From: Nitrospirota bacterium
GTDB lineage: Bacteria; Nitrospirota; UBA9217
Assembly (NCBI GenBank): GCA_963740085.1
Contig: CAVUCU010000001.1
Coordinates: 1,408,001-1,472,000 of the forward strand
DNA: 64,000 nt
Direction: 5' to 3'
In this document: in pieces, positions 38,024 to 48,843 of the stretch
Numbering within the stretch: position 1 is the stretch's first letter
Layout: each line of letters starts with the position of its first letter
Made by a program: the position numbers and the translations under genes
The notes under the pieces: model-generated
Told to the model about the DNA's origin: nothing
Database searches by the model: none
Seen by the model: the letters and a program-made list of their open reading frames with translations, nothing else

Positions 38024-41000
38024 TTATTCCTCATCCGGCTTATCAAAGTATTCCGGATACAACTTGAGCGCACACTCGGGACAGATGCCGTGGCTGAATT
38101 CCGCGTCGGAATGATCTTTGATAAAGGCCTCGAGCTGCTCCCAATAACCTTTGTCATTGCGTATCTTCTTGCATGAAGAGCAGATCGGCAACAGTCCAGT
38201 CAGCTTCTTGACCTTGGAAAGCGCTTCCTTTCGATCAAGATCACTCTTGTCCCGCTCCTCTTCCGCAATTCGCCGTGCGGTGATATCTTCCACGGCAAGA
38301 AGGATCAACGGAGTTTCAGACCCTTCCCGGACGACCCTTCGCGCATTCAGGAGCATGATCCTGCGACCGATGTCAGACGTCTCGTTATCGACAACGAAGT
38401 CGTTGAAGAACGTGTTTTTCTCGAGGATATCCTCAAGTAGGCTCCTGAGCAGAGGGATATTCCAGCGCCCATTTTGCAGCTCGTAAAGGACTTTGTTCTC
38501 TACCGAGTCCGGCGTAACTCGAAAGCTCTTGTAGTACGCCTGGTTTGCGGTGACCACCTGCAGGTCTTTGTTCAATACGATAAGGGGTTCCCGCACAGTC
38601 TCGATGATCGCATCGGCATAATCGCGGGCTTCCTGAATACGCAGCATGCCGAGTTTCAGGCTATCGATGTCTTCGAGGGTCACGAGTGCGCCGTCGATCC
38701 TGTTATCAATGGTCTTGTACGGCCGTATCTTCATGGAGTACCAGCGGCCCTGTGTGTCCTGGATCTCCTGTTCCCTGATCGTCAGGGAGTCGATCACCTC
38801 ACGTACCATCTTTTCGAGGTCAGGGACATTGATATTAGGCCTGATGTCGGAAATAGGCCGCCCGGTATCGCTTGCGATAAGGTTCAGCGCCTTTCCCGCG
38901 GATGCATTGAATCGCCTGATCTGCAGTTTATTCCCGATCAGCAGGATCGGGATCTCGACGCCGCTCAAGACATTGAGCAGATCGTTATTGCTCTCCGTGA
39001 TTTCCTCGTTGCGATTCTGAAGCTCGTCGTTCACGGTGTTCAGTTCTTCATTGGTGGACTGAAGCTCTTCCTTGGACGTTTCAAGCTCCTCGTTGATGCT
39101 CTGCAGTTCTTCGTTGCTGGACTGTATTTCTTCATTCAGCGCCTTATGTTCCTCGGTAGACGCCTCATTTTCCGCGATGATCGACTTCAGGTGCTGTTGC
39201 GTGGCGGCAAGCTCGTCCGCCAGCGAGGCAGCCTGGTCCTCCTGATGCCGGCCTTTTATCTTAGCCGGAGCTTTTCCCGTTTTTTTCACGTCCTGCGATG
39301 TCGGCGCGGCCCTGTCCTCAAAAATGATCAGAAAAAGGCGTTCCTTTGAAGCACCAGTCTTAAACGCGAGCACTTCGATGGTTATTATGTCGACGATGTT
39401 GTTATGTCTGACCTTTATGCCTTCTTTTCTGACGGGAACGTCCTTTCCAGTTGCCTGGCGGATGAGGACCCGCAGCTCCATGGCGAGGTTTTCGCCCGCC
39501 ATCTTCATGAGATTGAGGCTTGCCTTGCCGGGCTGGGGTTTCAGATAGGGGCTGATGTTCCCGCGGAATTGCAGAATATCCATGTCTTCATTAATGACCA
39601 GTCCCGCGGGGCTGTATCTGTTCAGGATGATGCTGTCGGCTTCCTTCTGGATTTCGGTCCCGCCTGCGGCATGCCCTTCCACCTTTTCCTTGACGTCGGC
39701 TTTTTCACGAACATGACCCCGTTCCCCATCTAAATGCGAAATAGTCAATGATGTCTTTTTAGAATAGATCCTGCTGTTTTTATCGACTAAAGAAAAAAGG
39801 TTCGCAAACTCGCCGATGGACTCGGACCTCCCGAGCATGAGATAGCCCTTCGGCTTGAGGGCATAGTGCAGGATCGGGAGCGCCTTTTTCTGCAGTATTG
39901 GGCCGAAATAGATCATCAGGTTCCTGCAGCTGATCAGGTCCATCTTCGAGAACGGCGGGTCCTTGATAAGGTTCTGTCTGGCGAATACGCATTGCTCCCG
40001 GATGTCCTTGCTGACCTGATATCCCTGTTCCACCTTGGTAAAGAAACGTCTGAGCCGTTCAGGAGAAACATCCTTCACGATATTGTCCGGGTAAAGACCC
40101 TGGCGGGCCTTTTCAATTGCCGCCTCGTCAATGTCGGATGCAAAGAATTGGATCGGATAGGAAACGCTCCGCTCTTCACTGAATTCCGAGAAACACATTG
40201 CGAGCGAGTACGCCTCCTCTCCTGTCGAGCATCCCGGGACCCATACCCGCAAGGGTGTATCGGATGACCTGCTCTCAAAGATGCGCGGGAACACGACGTC
40301 CTTTAACGCAGTGAACGTCTCCGGTTCCCGGAAAAAGGAAGTGACATTGATGAGGATGTCCTGGTACAGAACCTCGACTTCCGAGGGATTCTCCTGCAGA
40401 TAATGGACGTATTGTTTCAATGCATCTATCTTATGCAGGAGCATGCGCCGGGAGATCCTGCGCAGTATCGTTGTCTGTTTGTAATAGGTGAAATCAACGC
40501 CGGTGGCCGTCCTGATCCGCATGAATATTCTATTCAGATCGTCCTCTTCTGCCGAAGGCAGCGGGCCGGCCTTCATGGCAGTGAGAAGGGTCATGACGGG
40601 ATGGCGGCTTATTCTCGCCAGCTCGGCGGCTATTTTTTCAGGGGGCAGGATGAAATCCACGACCCCGGTCGCGGCGGCGCTCTTCGGCATGCCGTTATAT
40701 TTTGCCGATTGTTCGTCCTGGGACAGGACGATCCCGCCCTCGGCCTTTATGGCACGGATCCCCAGGGAACCGTCGGAGCCGGTCCCTGAAAGGATGATAC
40801 CGACGGCACTCTGCCCCTGGTCCTCGGCAAGAGACTGGAAAAAAGAATCAACAGGCATATGCTGGGTATGAGTTTCGCCGCGCGGCAGAAGCCGGAGCTT
40901 GCCGTGGAAAACAGCCAGCGCCGTATTGGGCGGAATGACGTATACATTGTCGGGTTCCACGGTCATGCCGTCCTGTACCTCGCGTACCGGCATGGAAGTA

Positions 41001-41344
41001 GCCTTTGAAAGGAGTTCGGCCAGCATGCTGTCTTTGGTCGGGGCAAGGTGTTGAACGAGCACGAAAGCCATGCCCGTATCGGGCGGAAGATGTTCCAGAA
41101 GCTTTGTGAATGCCTCCAGCCCTCCTGCAGAGGCGCCGATTCCGACAATAAGAAACGTTTTTTCGTTCGATCGGTCTTGTTCGGCAGGCGGACTCTCTAT
41201 CGCCTGGCTGGGCAGGCGTTTGGAAGAAGATTTTTTCGGCCCGCTGTTCTTACTGCCTTTGCCGTCATTCGGTCTCTTTTTGAGAGATAACGATTTTTTG
41301 ACGTCCCTTGCCGGACGTCTATCCGGCGATTGCTTTTTAGCCAT
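38024..41344 (-). CDS. CheB-CheR fusion with PAS domains, an EELQS coiled coil and a C-terminal Cys-rich domain
   Basis: GASAGG, VQH, SGTGSDG (CheB); INVTSFFRE, GCSTGEEAYS, SCRNLMIY (CheR); EELQS repeats; LPICSSCKKIR...SHGICPEC. Confidence 0.92.
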   Translation of the reverse strand: MAKKQSPDRRPARDVKKSLSLKKRPNDGKGSKNSGPKKSSSKRLPSQAIESPPAEQDRSNEKTFLIVGIGASAGGLEAFTKLLEHLPPDTGMAFVLVQHLAPTKDSMLAELLSKATSMPVREVQDGMTVEPDNVYVIPPNTALAVFHGKLRLLPRGETHTQHMPVDSFFQSLAEDQGQSAVGIILSGTGSDGSLGIRAIKAEGGIVLSQDEQSAKYNGMPKSAAATGVVDFILPPEKIAAELARISRHPVMTLLTAMKAGPLPSAEEDDLNRIFMRIRTATGVDFTYYKQTTILRRISRRMLLHKIDALKQYVHYLQENPSEVEVLYQDILINVTSFFREPETFTALKDVVFPRIFESRSSDTPLRVWVPGCSTGEEAYSLAMCFSEFSEERSVSYPIQFFASDIDEAAIEKARQGLYPDNIVKDVSPERLRRFFTKVEQGYQVSKDIREQCVFARQNLIKDPPFSKMDLISCRNLMIYFGPILQKKALPILHYALKPKGYLMLGRSESIGEFANLFSLVDKNSRIYSKKTSLTISHLDGERGHVREKADVKEKVEGHAAGGTEIQKEADSIILNRYSPAGLVINEDMDILQFRGNISPYLKPQPGKASLNLMKMAGENLAMELRVLIRQATGKDVPVRKEGIKVRHNNIVDIITIEVLAFKTGASKERLFLIIFEDRAAPTSQDVKKTGKAPAKIKGRHQEDQAASLADELAATQQHLKSIIAENEASTEEHKALNEEIQSSNEELQSINEELETSKEELQSTNEELNTVNDELQNRNEEITESNNDLLNVLSGVEIPILLIGNKLQIRRFNASAGKALNLIASDTGRPISDIRPNINVPDLEKMVREVIDSLTIREQEIQDTQGRWYSMKIRPYKTIDNRIDGALVTLEDIDSLKLGMLRIQEARDYADAIIETVREPLIVLNKDLQVVTANQAYYKSFRVTPDSVENKVLYELQNGRWNIPLLRSLLEDILEKNTFFNDFVVDNETSDIGRRIMLLNARRVVREGSETPLILLAVEDITARRIAEEERDKSDLDRKEALSKVKKLTGLLPICSSCKKIRNDKGYWEQLEAFIKDHSDAEFSHGICPECALKLYPEYFDKPDEE

Positions 41345-41576
41345 GGGTTCTCCCGCTCTTATGTGTCATTCATGACTATTCAGGTCCGTCTCACGCACAG
41401 CACCGAAGGCCGTCCCGGACAGGAGACACGCGGTGATAGTAAGATGTGCCGTCCAGTTCCGTATCACTTTGCTCGCACCATATCCATATTGAAGTATATT
41501 AACACAGTGAATGCTTTCTCTATGTAAAAATACCCTATCCGCATCGCGCGGGGGACCGGAATGTCATATCGCATGC

Positions 41577-43017
41577 TTATTCCTCCGGCTGAGCCACCGA
41601 ACCGGTGTAAAATGCCGTACACTTTCCACCGAGGAATTTCCATGCATCTTTCAGCGCGTTCGTCACGGATCCCGTAATTGACTTCAAGACGCTTATTTTC
41701 TCGATCTTCGCCTTACGGAACGGCCCGTGCACTTTCTGGCTGTAAACAGCGCATCCTCGTTTATCGAGGACCGCTACGGTTACATCGTCAAACTGGTCGT
41801 TGTTGAAGTTCAATCCGCCCTTCATGGCGATCCGGTATTTTTTTGTGGCAAAGGCCACATCGGTCGCTCCGGCAACACCGTTTTCTACTTTCCAGACTCG
41901 AGACGAGTTTTTTAATGATCCCTTTTCCGCCCAGGGACTCTTCGTAGACGCTTCCAAAGTTGTAGCTCTTGGTGATGACCGGCCCGAAGGGGCCCACCAG
42001 GAAGTACGCCCCTACATCCACGAGATTGAAGTTCTGGCTTCTTTCGTACTTCGGGATAAGGGCATCGACATCCATGGTATTGAGCATAAGGTCGTCCCCG
42101 CTCAAAGAAACGTCGCCGTTGAGCGTTCGCTTCACCTCCTCCATGCTCTTCCCCGTTGCAGTAAGGTCCGCGGAAAAATTGACCGTCCCTTCCATGCTTT
42201 TCTTGAAGGTTTCCCCGGACGAGTATGCCTGGATCAGCTTCTCGATCCTGAACTTGTTAAGTGTAGTGATCACCCGGTAGCGGGGCAGCGCACCCGTCGT
42301 GTCCACATGAACGCTTCCCTTCCCGGTTCCGTCGAAGATTTGCATACTGACCGGATTTATGTCGAGGATCCCGTCGCCCGCTACCGTTCTCACCGCGAGG
42401 TTTGTCAGAGTAAGGTTGTTGATCGTGAGTGTCTTGCATTTGATATCCCCGGCGAATGAGATGTTCCTGAGTGGTCCCGCGCCTTCCGTTCTGCCGTATG
42501 AAAAGTCCCGTATGGTCCCATCGAAGTCGTCCACCTTGATCCTCTCGCCGGAGCTTTCATCTGTATAAACAAGTCTCCCCGCTGAGATCGATACCTTGTT
42601 CACCGTAAGAAGCCTTTCTATCAGCGTGCGTTCCGGTTTTTCAAAATTGAACCTTCCGTTCTTATACCTGACTATGGAGAAGACCGGCTTGATAAGCCTG
42701 ATCCGGCTGAGCAGGACCTCGTGTCTCGTAAGAGGGATGAGCCTCAGCCCTATCCTCATCTTTTCCGCGGTAACGACATCCTCACCCTTCTTCTGCACGC
42801 TGACGTTCTTCACCGATATACCGAAACCCGGAAAGAGATCGATGCCCAATCTGCCCTTGATATGCACATCCATTCCCAGGGCATTCGATGCCGCTGCCTC
42901 GATCTGCGGTTTAAAGACTTGCAGATTGAGCAGGAGGAGGGAGACCGCGCCGACAACGAGGGCTATCACGCCCATTGTTATGAACAGGACTTTTTTTCTC
43001 TTGAGAATCATGATCAC
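41577..43017 (-). pseudogene. AsmA-family protein, frameshifted
   Basis: ORFs 41788-43017 and 41577-41957 join as KKLVS-VWKVENG if one base near 41898 is removed. Confidence 0.75.
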
Positions 43018-43083
43018 CCTCCAGGCGTGTCATGAATGACGCCCGGTAATGGATCAAGTCCGGCGCACTCATTTGGAATATTA

Positions 43084-44172
43084 TTAGAAGTATTGTTTAT
43101 CAGCGATGCTGTTTGCAATGATAGCCGCCTTTATATTTTGCATTGCCTCTATTTCTTCAGGTGCGCCCTGCAAGAAGGGAGCAATTACCGCATTATAGTC
43201 ATCAATAAATTCTTTCACCCGTTGTTGTGCATCCTCAAATTTCTTTATATCTTCAGGCAGAGAAACGTTGTCACGGCCTTTTTTATAAAGATTCAACAAT
43301 TGATCTGCGTAGTCGCCGGTAAAGCCGGCAGCCTCTTTGAAGCTGCTTACTGCCTCTCTCGTTTTATCACAGAGCTCCACAATCCTCCTTGCTTTCGCTG
43401 GAGATGGAGCAGCGCCGATCAAATCTGTGGCGTCGTTTGACAAAATCAACAGTGTACCCAAAAGCTTTTTTGATCTATTACTATAACTATCAAAAAACCC
43501 ATAAACGAGTTGTGAATCTTCGTATGCCTGCCTTGACGCGTCAATATCTTGCAACGTGTTAATGGTTTTTTTAGCAATCTGCGCTTTCTGTTTCTCAGTG
43601 ACGCCGCCATACAATTGACCTAACGTACCTAAATTGCCTACTAATATCAATCCGGCCCCGCTCCCAATGAGAGCCGCTCCCGCGTGACTGGTTCTGTCTT
43701 GAGACAGCAGTAATGCGCCTGCCAGTAGGACCGCGGGACCCACCGCATCCGTCCATTTCTTAGCGATATCCCAATTGTTCGCAGTATCCTTCTCGGACCA
43801 GACATCTGTTGCTCTATGAAAGGTCATGTGGACCGCCGCTCCCTGTGTTGCATTGAAAATATCCGCGGAACCTGTTGATTGCTGCGAGAGCACGTTAGAC
43901 AGGTGGGACAATAAACAGGCACTTAAATCGGGCGACTCGCATCCAAAGGGTACGGCCGATAACTCGTGAAGTTGTTTCGTTGAAGCTTTATCTCGTAACA
44001 ATGACGGCTTACTGGCAACAAGCCTGGAGAGCACGACCAGTTGTCTCAAGTCGTTTCTCCATTGTTCTGGTGTCTTCGATGGTGATTCCTCGCCTGACCA
44101 GACCATGCTGGTCAATGCAGCCATGATACATAATAGGAGAAGAATCGTTCGGGAAACATATTTAATAGTCAT
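43084..44172 (-). CDS. Hypothetical exported helical protein with a central hydrophobic Gly-rich hairpin
   Basis: 362-aa ORF, signal-like N-terminus, lower GC than its flanks. Confidence 0.7.
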   Translation of the reverse strand: MTIKYVSRTILLLLCIMAALTSMVWSGEESPSKTPEQWRNDLRQLVVLSRLVASKPSLLRDKASTKQLHELSAVPFGCESPDLSACLLSHLSNVLSQQSTGSADIFNATQGAAVHMTFHRATDVWSEKDTANNWDIAKKWTDAVGPAVLLAGALLLSQDRTSHAGAALIGSGAGLILVGNLGTLGQLYGGVTEKQKAQIAKKTINTLQDIDASRQAYEDSQLVYGFFDSYSNRSKKLLGTLLILSNDATDLIGAAPSPAKARRIVELCDKTREAVSSFKEAAGFTGDYADQLLNLYKKGRDNVSLPEDIKKFEDAQQRVKEFIDDYNAVIAPFLQGAPEEIEAMQNIKAAIIANSIADKQYF

Positions 44173-44299
44173 AATTATCCTTTTTCACAACCGCTCATCC
44201 ACCCCGTTCAAGCCAATATGCCAGGCCCTTGATCCCGCTCGCCGGGACTTTCTCTCCCGTGCTGGCGGGCGTTCGGCAAAGCATCCCTTATGCCCTTCC

Positions 44300-44587
44300 G
44301 CACGCATGCGTCAAGGACCTTCCCGGCTGAGATCTCCTGCACGATTACGTTGCAGGGAAGCATGGTGCCTATCTTATCCTCTGGCTGCAATGCTTGTACG
44401 CAAAAGGCGGGTTGCAGGCGCCGAGGATCCGGTAGTTTCTGAATTCGACATCGAGCTTCTTTTTCAAGCTGGACTTCGCGTCGATTTCTGTCAGGATGCC
44501 GAATCCTTCCTTTTTAAGTTCCTCCGTCACTGCGGTGATAGTCTTATCAAAGCCCGGATTCAATGTCTTACTATAATAATAGCTCAT
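44300..44587 (-). pseudogene. DUF302 protein, frameshifted and apparently truncated
   Basis: MSYYYSK...GFGILTEID...ILGACNP continues in another frame as EDKIGTMLPCNVIVQE; similarity is lost after EISAGKV. Confidence 0.75.
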
Positions 44588-44651
44588 AATAACCTCCTGT
44601 TGTCTGTTGTTTATGTGGATCCGTCTTAGAGGGTTCTCTCCTGACGTTTCG

Positions 44652-45689
44652 TCATTCCCTCGATGGGAGGTCACGCACCGCCCAAACCGAGAAAAAAGCG
44701 CCTCTTTTTTGTCCAACGCCGACTGCGCCTTTGGTGAGATAGAGCGCCCACGCCCAGTCAGGTTCGAACATGCTCGTCGTTGAAGACCAGTATCCTTCCC
44801 TGACGTCAGTGAAAGGATGTCCCTGAGAAAGCGCCGGACTGTGCGCGCTGCAATCAACAAGCGATTCCAGTTCATTGATGTTCGGCAGCCGCCATGAATA
44901 AGTGCCTCCTTGCTCCCGGTTGAGGTCTGTTACTGCTTTGAGCGCTTCCTCCCATGTCGTCGGTTTTCCGGTGAGGTCGGCTGAAGAGCGCCAGCAGAGG
45001 CTCGTGAGCCGGTCGACGACCATACTTCCTGCCTCCTCAAAGCGGGGTTCAGGCCACGGCGCGCCTGATCGGAATTCTCCATCCTGTCCAGATCCTGCGC
45101 AGGAGATGATCTGGCCCCTTGCGTCATAACAGAGGATTTGGCCGGTAGCAGGGAGAATGGTGTCCCCCTTTCCTCGAACAGGCCAGAGCAGGAAAAACTG
45201 ATCCTTCCGGCCGTAAAACATTCGTGCGCCCTCCATGTGGAGATACCACGCATAGGCAGTGTTGATCGCCGCGGTCGTGGACGTCCAGTACCATCCGCTG
45301 AACACGTTGACAAAGGGATGCCCCTCCGGCAGGGCCGGCTTCCTGGTCTGGTGACTCATAAGGCTTCGAAGTTCACGGCGGTTGGGAAGACGCCAGTCGG
45401 TGAAACCGAGTGCCTTGTCGCGATTCATCGTTGCGATGTGATCGAGGGCCTCCTGCCATGCCAGAGGGAATTCTGCCCTATTGGCGTTTCTTATCCAGAC
45501 AAGCCCGGTCAACCGGTCAAGGACCGCGTCGACAAGGACCTCGAATCGTGGTGCAGGCCAGGACACGCCGCTTCTGAAGTCCGCGTCCTGTCCGCTGCCA
45601 ATGCAATCGATCACTCGTCCCGTCGCATCATGGCAGGTGATCTGCCCTGTCTGGAGATAAGCGCTCATAGCATTATGCCGGCACAGCAT
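44652..45689 (-). CDS. Tandem DUF1566 (Lcl-type) domain protein
   Basis: Two repeats of TGQ..C....G..I.C.GSGQD, DRLT.L.W, WRLPN..EL.SL, YW.STT. Confidence 0.88.
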   Translation of the reverse strand: MLCRHNAMSAYLQTGQITCHDATGRVIDCIGSGQDADFRSGVSWPAPRFEVLVDAVLDRLTGLVWIRNANRAEFPLAWQEALDHIATMNRDKALGFTDWRLPNRRELRSLMSHQTRKPALPEGHPFVNVFSGWYWTSTTAAINTAYAWYLHMEGARMFYGRKDQFFLLWPVRGKGDTILPATGQILCYDARGQIISCAGSGQDGEFRSGAPWPEPRFEEAGSMVVDRLTSLCWRSSADLTGKPTTWEEALKAVTDLNREQGGTYSWRLPNINELESLVDCSAHSPALSQGHPFTDVREGYWSSTTSMFEPDWAWALYLTKGAVGVGQKRGAFFSVWAVRDLPSRE

Positions 45690-45772
45690 CGTTCATCCTC
45701 CGTATCTTTCCATGATCATAGGGATGATGGAACCATTATGTCGTTCATTAACACCCGCAGCGCGCTACATTT

Positions 45773-45979
45773 TTACTTTCGTTTCATCATAAATACGACA
45801 CCAAAAATAACGAGAATCGCGATAATGATCCCGAACACCCCTCCATAGCCCATACCCCATCCCCAATTACCACCCCCCATCATGCCACCGCCGCCACCTT
45901 GACTGCCGCCCATCTGGGCAAATGCTGAGGTGCTAAAAAAAACAAACAAAACCGTTAAAATAATCATTAAGCTTTTCAT
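45773..45979 (-). CDS. Small Gly/Met-rich membrane protein
   Basis: AAGGAGG RBS, signal peptide, GGGMMGGG, C-terminal TM plus basic tail. Confidence 0.7.
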   Translation of the reverse strand: MKSLMIILTVLFVFFSTSAFAQMGGSQGGGGGMMGGGNWGWGMGYGGVFGIIIAILVIFGVVFMMKRK

Positions 45980-46093
45980 CTTTTTCCTCCTTGGTGGTTG
46001 TTTTTCATCCTGAATATTCCGTTAATTCTGTTGTCCCATCAAAAAAGTTCTATTTTTTCGATCCCTTTTTCAAAGAATTTGATTTGTATCTGA

Positions 46094-46726
46094 CTAATGT
46101 TTTTGCGGATCAGTCCTGGATGGCTCCGCTTTTTTCGGCTCTGTGCTCGTAACTTCTTTCGACTGCGTCCCGCTCACGTCAGGACCCGTTCCCGTAATAC
46201 AGCCATATGCCTTTTTCATCTGATCCATCATCTCCATCCGGGATGACTCGGTTGCTGTCTTTGGGTCTTGCATGTGTACTTCATGAAGGTCTATTGCTTT
46301 TTTGAGCCACTGCCCGGCACAGTTAAGTTTCGACTGAGGATCATCCACCCCTGCCATATCCACAGGCATCGACATCATCTTCTGCATCTTTTCTTTCATC
46401 TGCGCCATGTCATTCATCATCCGCCTTTTCTCAGCAGCATTAGGCCCCTTCATCATCTTTTCCTGCATAATCATCATATCCATCATCATCTGCATCATTT
46501 CCTTCTTGTCACCCATCATCTTTTTCATCATGCCGTTGTCCATCATTTGCTTCATCATCGGCTGGCATTTCTCCCTCATCGGCTTCATCATCTCTTCATC
46601 CATTTTCATGCCCTGCTGCTTCATCTCCCCCTTCTGCTCACCCTTCATGCCGCTGTCCGTCTGGGCAAAGGCATAGGTTGCGGTCACCATCAGAACAGCC
46701 ACGCTTATCGACAATATCTTTTTCAT
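46094..46726 (-). CDS. Methionine-rich exported protein (candidate Cu/Ag binder)
   Basis: Signal peptide ending AFA-Q; about 40 Met; C-terminal C..W....LHEVHM...C; start MKKIL behind AAGGAGG. Confidence 0.75.
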   Translation of the reverse strand: MKKILSISVAVLMVTATYAFAQTDSGMKGEQKGEMKQQGMKMDEEMMKPMREKCQPMMKQMMDNGMMKKMMGDKKEMMQMMMDMMIMQEKMMKGPNAAEKRRMMNDMAQMKEKMQKMMSMPVDMAGVDDPQSKLNCAGQWLKKAIDLHEVHMQDPKTATESSRMEMMDQMKKAYGCITGTGPDVSGTQSKEVTSTEPKKAEPSRTDPQKH

Positions 46727-46828
46727 TTTATTCCTCCTTCTCATTTTATTTCACCACCGATAAAAAGCTCTCGTGCATAGCCTTTATATTGATTCGTGAT
46801 CCATGTGTTCCGCATACTGTCTAATCTC

Positions 46829-48680
46829 TCATGAAACCATTAATAATTTACTGAACTCTTCAGCGGGAAGGGGTTTGCCGAAGTAGTATCCCTGCATCTC
46901 ATGGCAGCCTAATGACCTGAGATATTCCATTTGCTCCTGTGTCTCAACCCCTTCCGCGATGACCGTCATTTTCAATTTGTCGGCCATGGCGATCACCGCG
47001 CCGACAATCGCCCCGTCTTCAGGGGCGCTCGTGATATCCCGGATGAAGGATTTGTCGATCTTAAGCTTCTGAACGGGCAGCTTTTTAAGATAATTCAGCG
47101 ATGAATAGCCCGTGCCGAAATCGTCAATGGATATTCCCACTCCCATCTCCGCCAGTTTGATCATTTTGGGAAGCATGTGCTCCAGGTTTCGCATCGCAAC
47201 GCTCTCGGTAATTTCAACAGCAAGATGCTCCGGATCAAGACCGGTCTCACACAGTATCTCGGTAATTCTCTCAATGAGGTCTGATTTTTGGAACTGTTTG
47301 GCCGAAAGGTTGACCGCGACACAAAGGAACGCAAGTCCTGCGCTGTGCCACTCTCGAACCTGGGTGCAGGCGGTCCTGAGCACCCATTCGTCAATAGCGG
47401 CAAGAAACCCCATCTCCTCGGCAAGAGGAATGAAATGCACGGGATCAAGCACTCCCCGCTCCGGATGTCGCCAACGCACCAGCGCCTCCGCGCAAATACA
47501 TCTGCCTCGTATCGATGGTGATCTGGGGCTGGTAGTAGACCAGCAACTCGCCGTTCTCAAGCGCCCGGCTCAGCTGGCTCTCTAACCGCAGGCGTTCGAT
47601 CGACCGTATGTTCATTGACGGATCATAGAATTGAAATGAATTCCCGCACTGTTCCTTCGCAGCATACATGGCGATATCAGCATTCTTGAACAGCTCCTCA
47701 ATGCTCTCGCCGTCATCGGGATAGATACTGATGCCTATGCTGGTTGTTATGTCAAACTCATGCCCGTTGATCACAAAAGGTTTGCTGAAGGAAGCAACGA
47801 CTTTCCGCGCAATGTTGATAATATCGTCGGCACGGGGGATCTGGGTCAGGAGTATATTGAACTCGTCTCCTCCCGTACGCGAGATCGTATCTGACGCGCG
47901 CACACCGTGTTGCAGCCTGCCGACGACCTCCTTGAGCAGATCGCCGGCGTCATGGCCCAGGGTGTCATTGATGTATTTAAAGCGGTCGAGATCGAGAAAC
48001 GGCACGGCAAGCCTTTTCTGTCCGCGCCGGGCCTGGCCCAGCTCGATCGTCAGGATTTCCATCAGCAGCCGCCTGTTCGGCAGATTGGTCAGTGTATCAT
48101 GGTGCGCCTGGTGTTGTATCTCCTCCTCCATCTGCTTGCGCCGGGTGATATCGATTGTTGCCGTGTGACAAAGAATGCGGCTGCCCTCGGGGTCCTTCAC
48201 CGGAACGCTCTGTAATTGAATAATGAGCGCGGGGCTTTTTTTTCTCATGAGACTTATTTCACAGATAAGGCGCGTCTCTCCTTGCAGGGTTTCCCTGAGG
48301 TGCGCCCCGAAGATGTCCCGGTCCTCTTTGATGACAGGGTCCGCAAACGGCTTGTTGATCAAACGCAGCCGATCGGCGCCCAGAAGCCGGGCCCCGGTAA
48401 GATTCACTTCCACTATCAGGCCGTTTTTATCGAAGGTGAAATAGCCGACGGGTGCGAAATCATACAGGTCTGCATACCTGCTTCGTGACGCTTCGAGCTC
48501 ATCCTGGGCCCTGCGCAGCTCTTCATTCTGCATTTCCAGCTCGATCTGGTGTGTTCCGAGTTCGTAAACGGGGTTTTGTACTTCCTGCATGGAAATGCTT
48601 TTCATCCTTCCCGCCTGCTGCTGCAGTCGCTTTTCCGCTTCTTTGCGAAGCGCTCCAAGGTCATTGGATTTCTTTCCCAT
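46829..48680 (-). pseudogene. PAS-GGDEF-EAL protein, frameshifted
   Basis: HQIELEMQNEEL, GGDEF and YYQPQ; then a frame change near 47495 to AEALVRW...IDDFGTGYSSL...AEGVET. Confidence 0.85.
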
Positions 48681-48843
48681 GATCTATGCTCCCCGTCTCC
48701 TTGTTTCGAATATTAGACCCCTCGCTTCTTTCTCCAGGACGACCTCCATCGAAAGGAGGATCTTCCTTGTCTGTCGGTCGAACTCCTCGATTTTGTGCTC
48801 AATGACAAGAAAATGTCCAAAGTCCAAAAAGAGCCTAGTTGTT

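Noticed and set aside
41345-41576. c-di-GMP riboswitch upstream of the CheB-CheR fusion
   Set aside because: No GEMM consensus (GGCAAA...GAAA...GACGCAAA) found
44652-45689. DUF1566 protein as a diversity-generating retroelement target
   Set aside because: No reverse transcriptase and no adenine-variant template repeat seen in the window; the two domains are old diverged repeats
46268-46780. His-rich plus-strand ORF
   Set aside because: The CAT runs are the reverse complement of Met codons in the minus-strand gene, which has an RBS and a signal peptide
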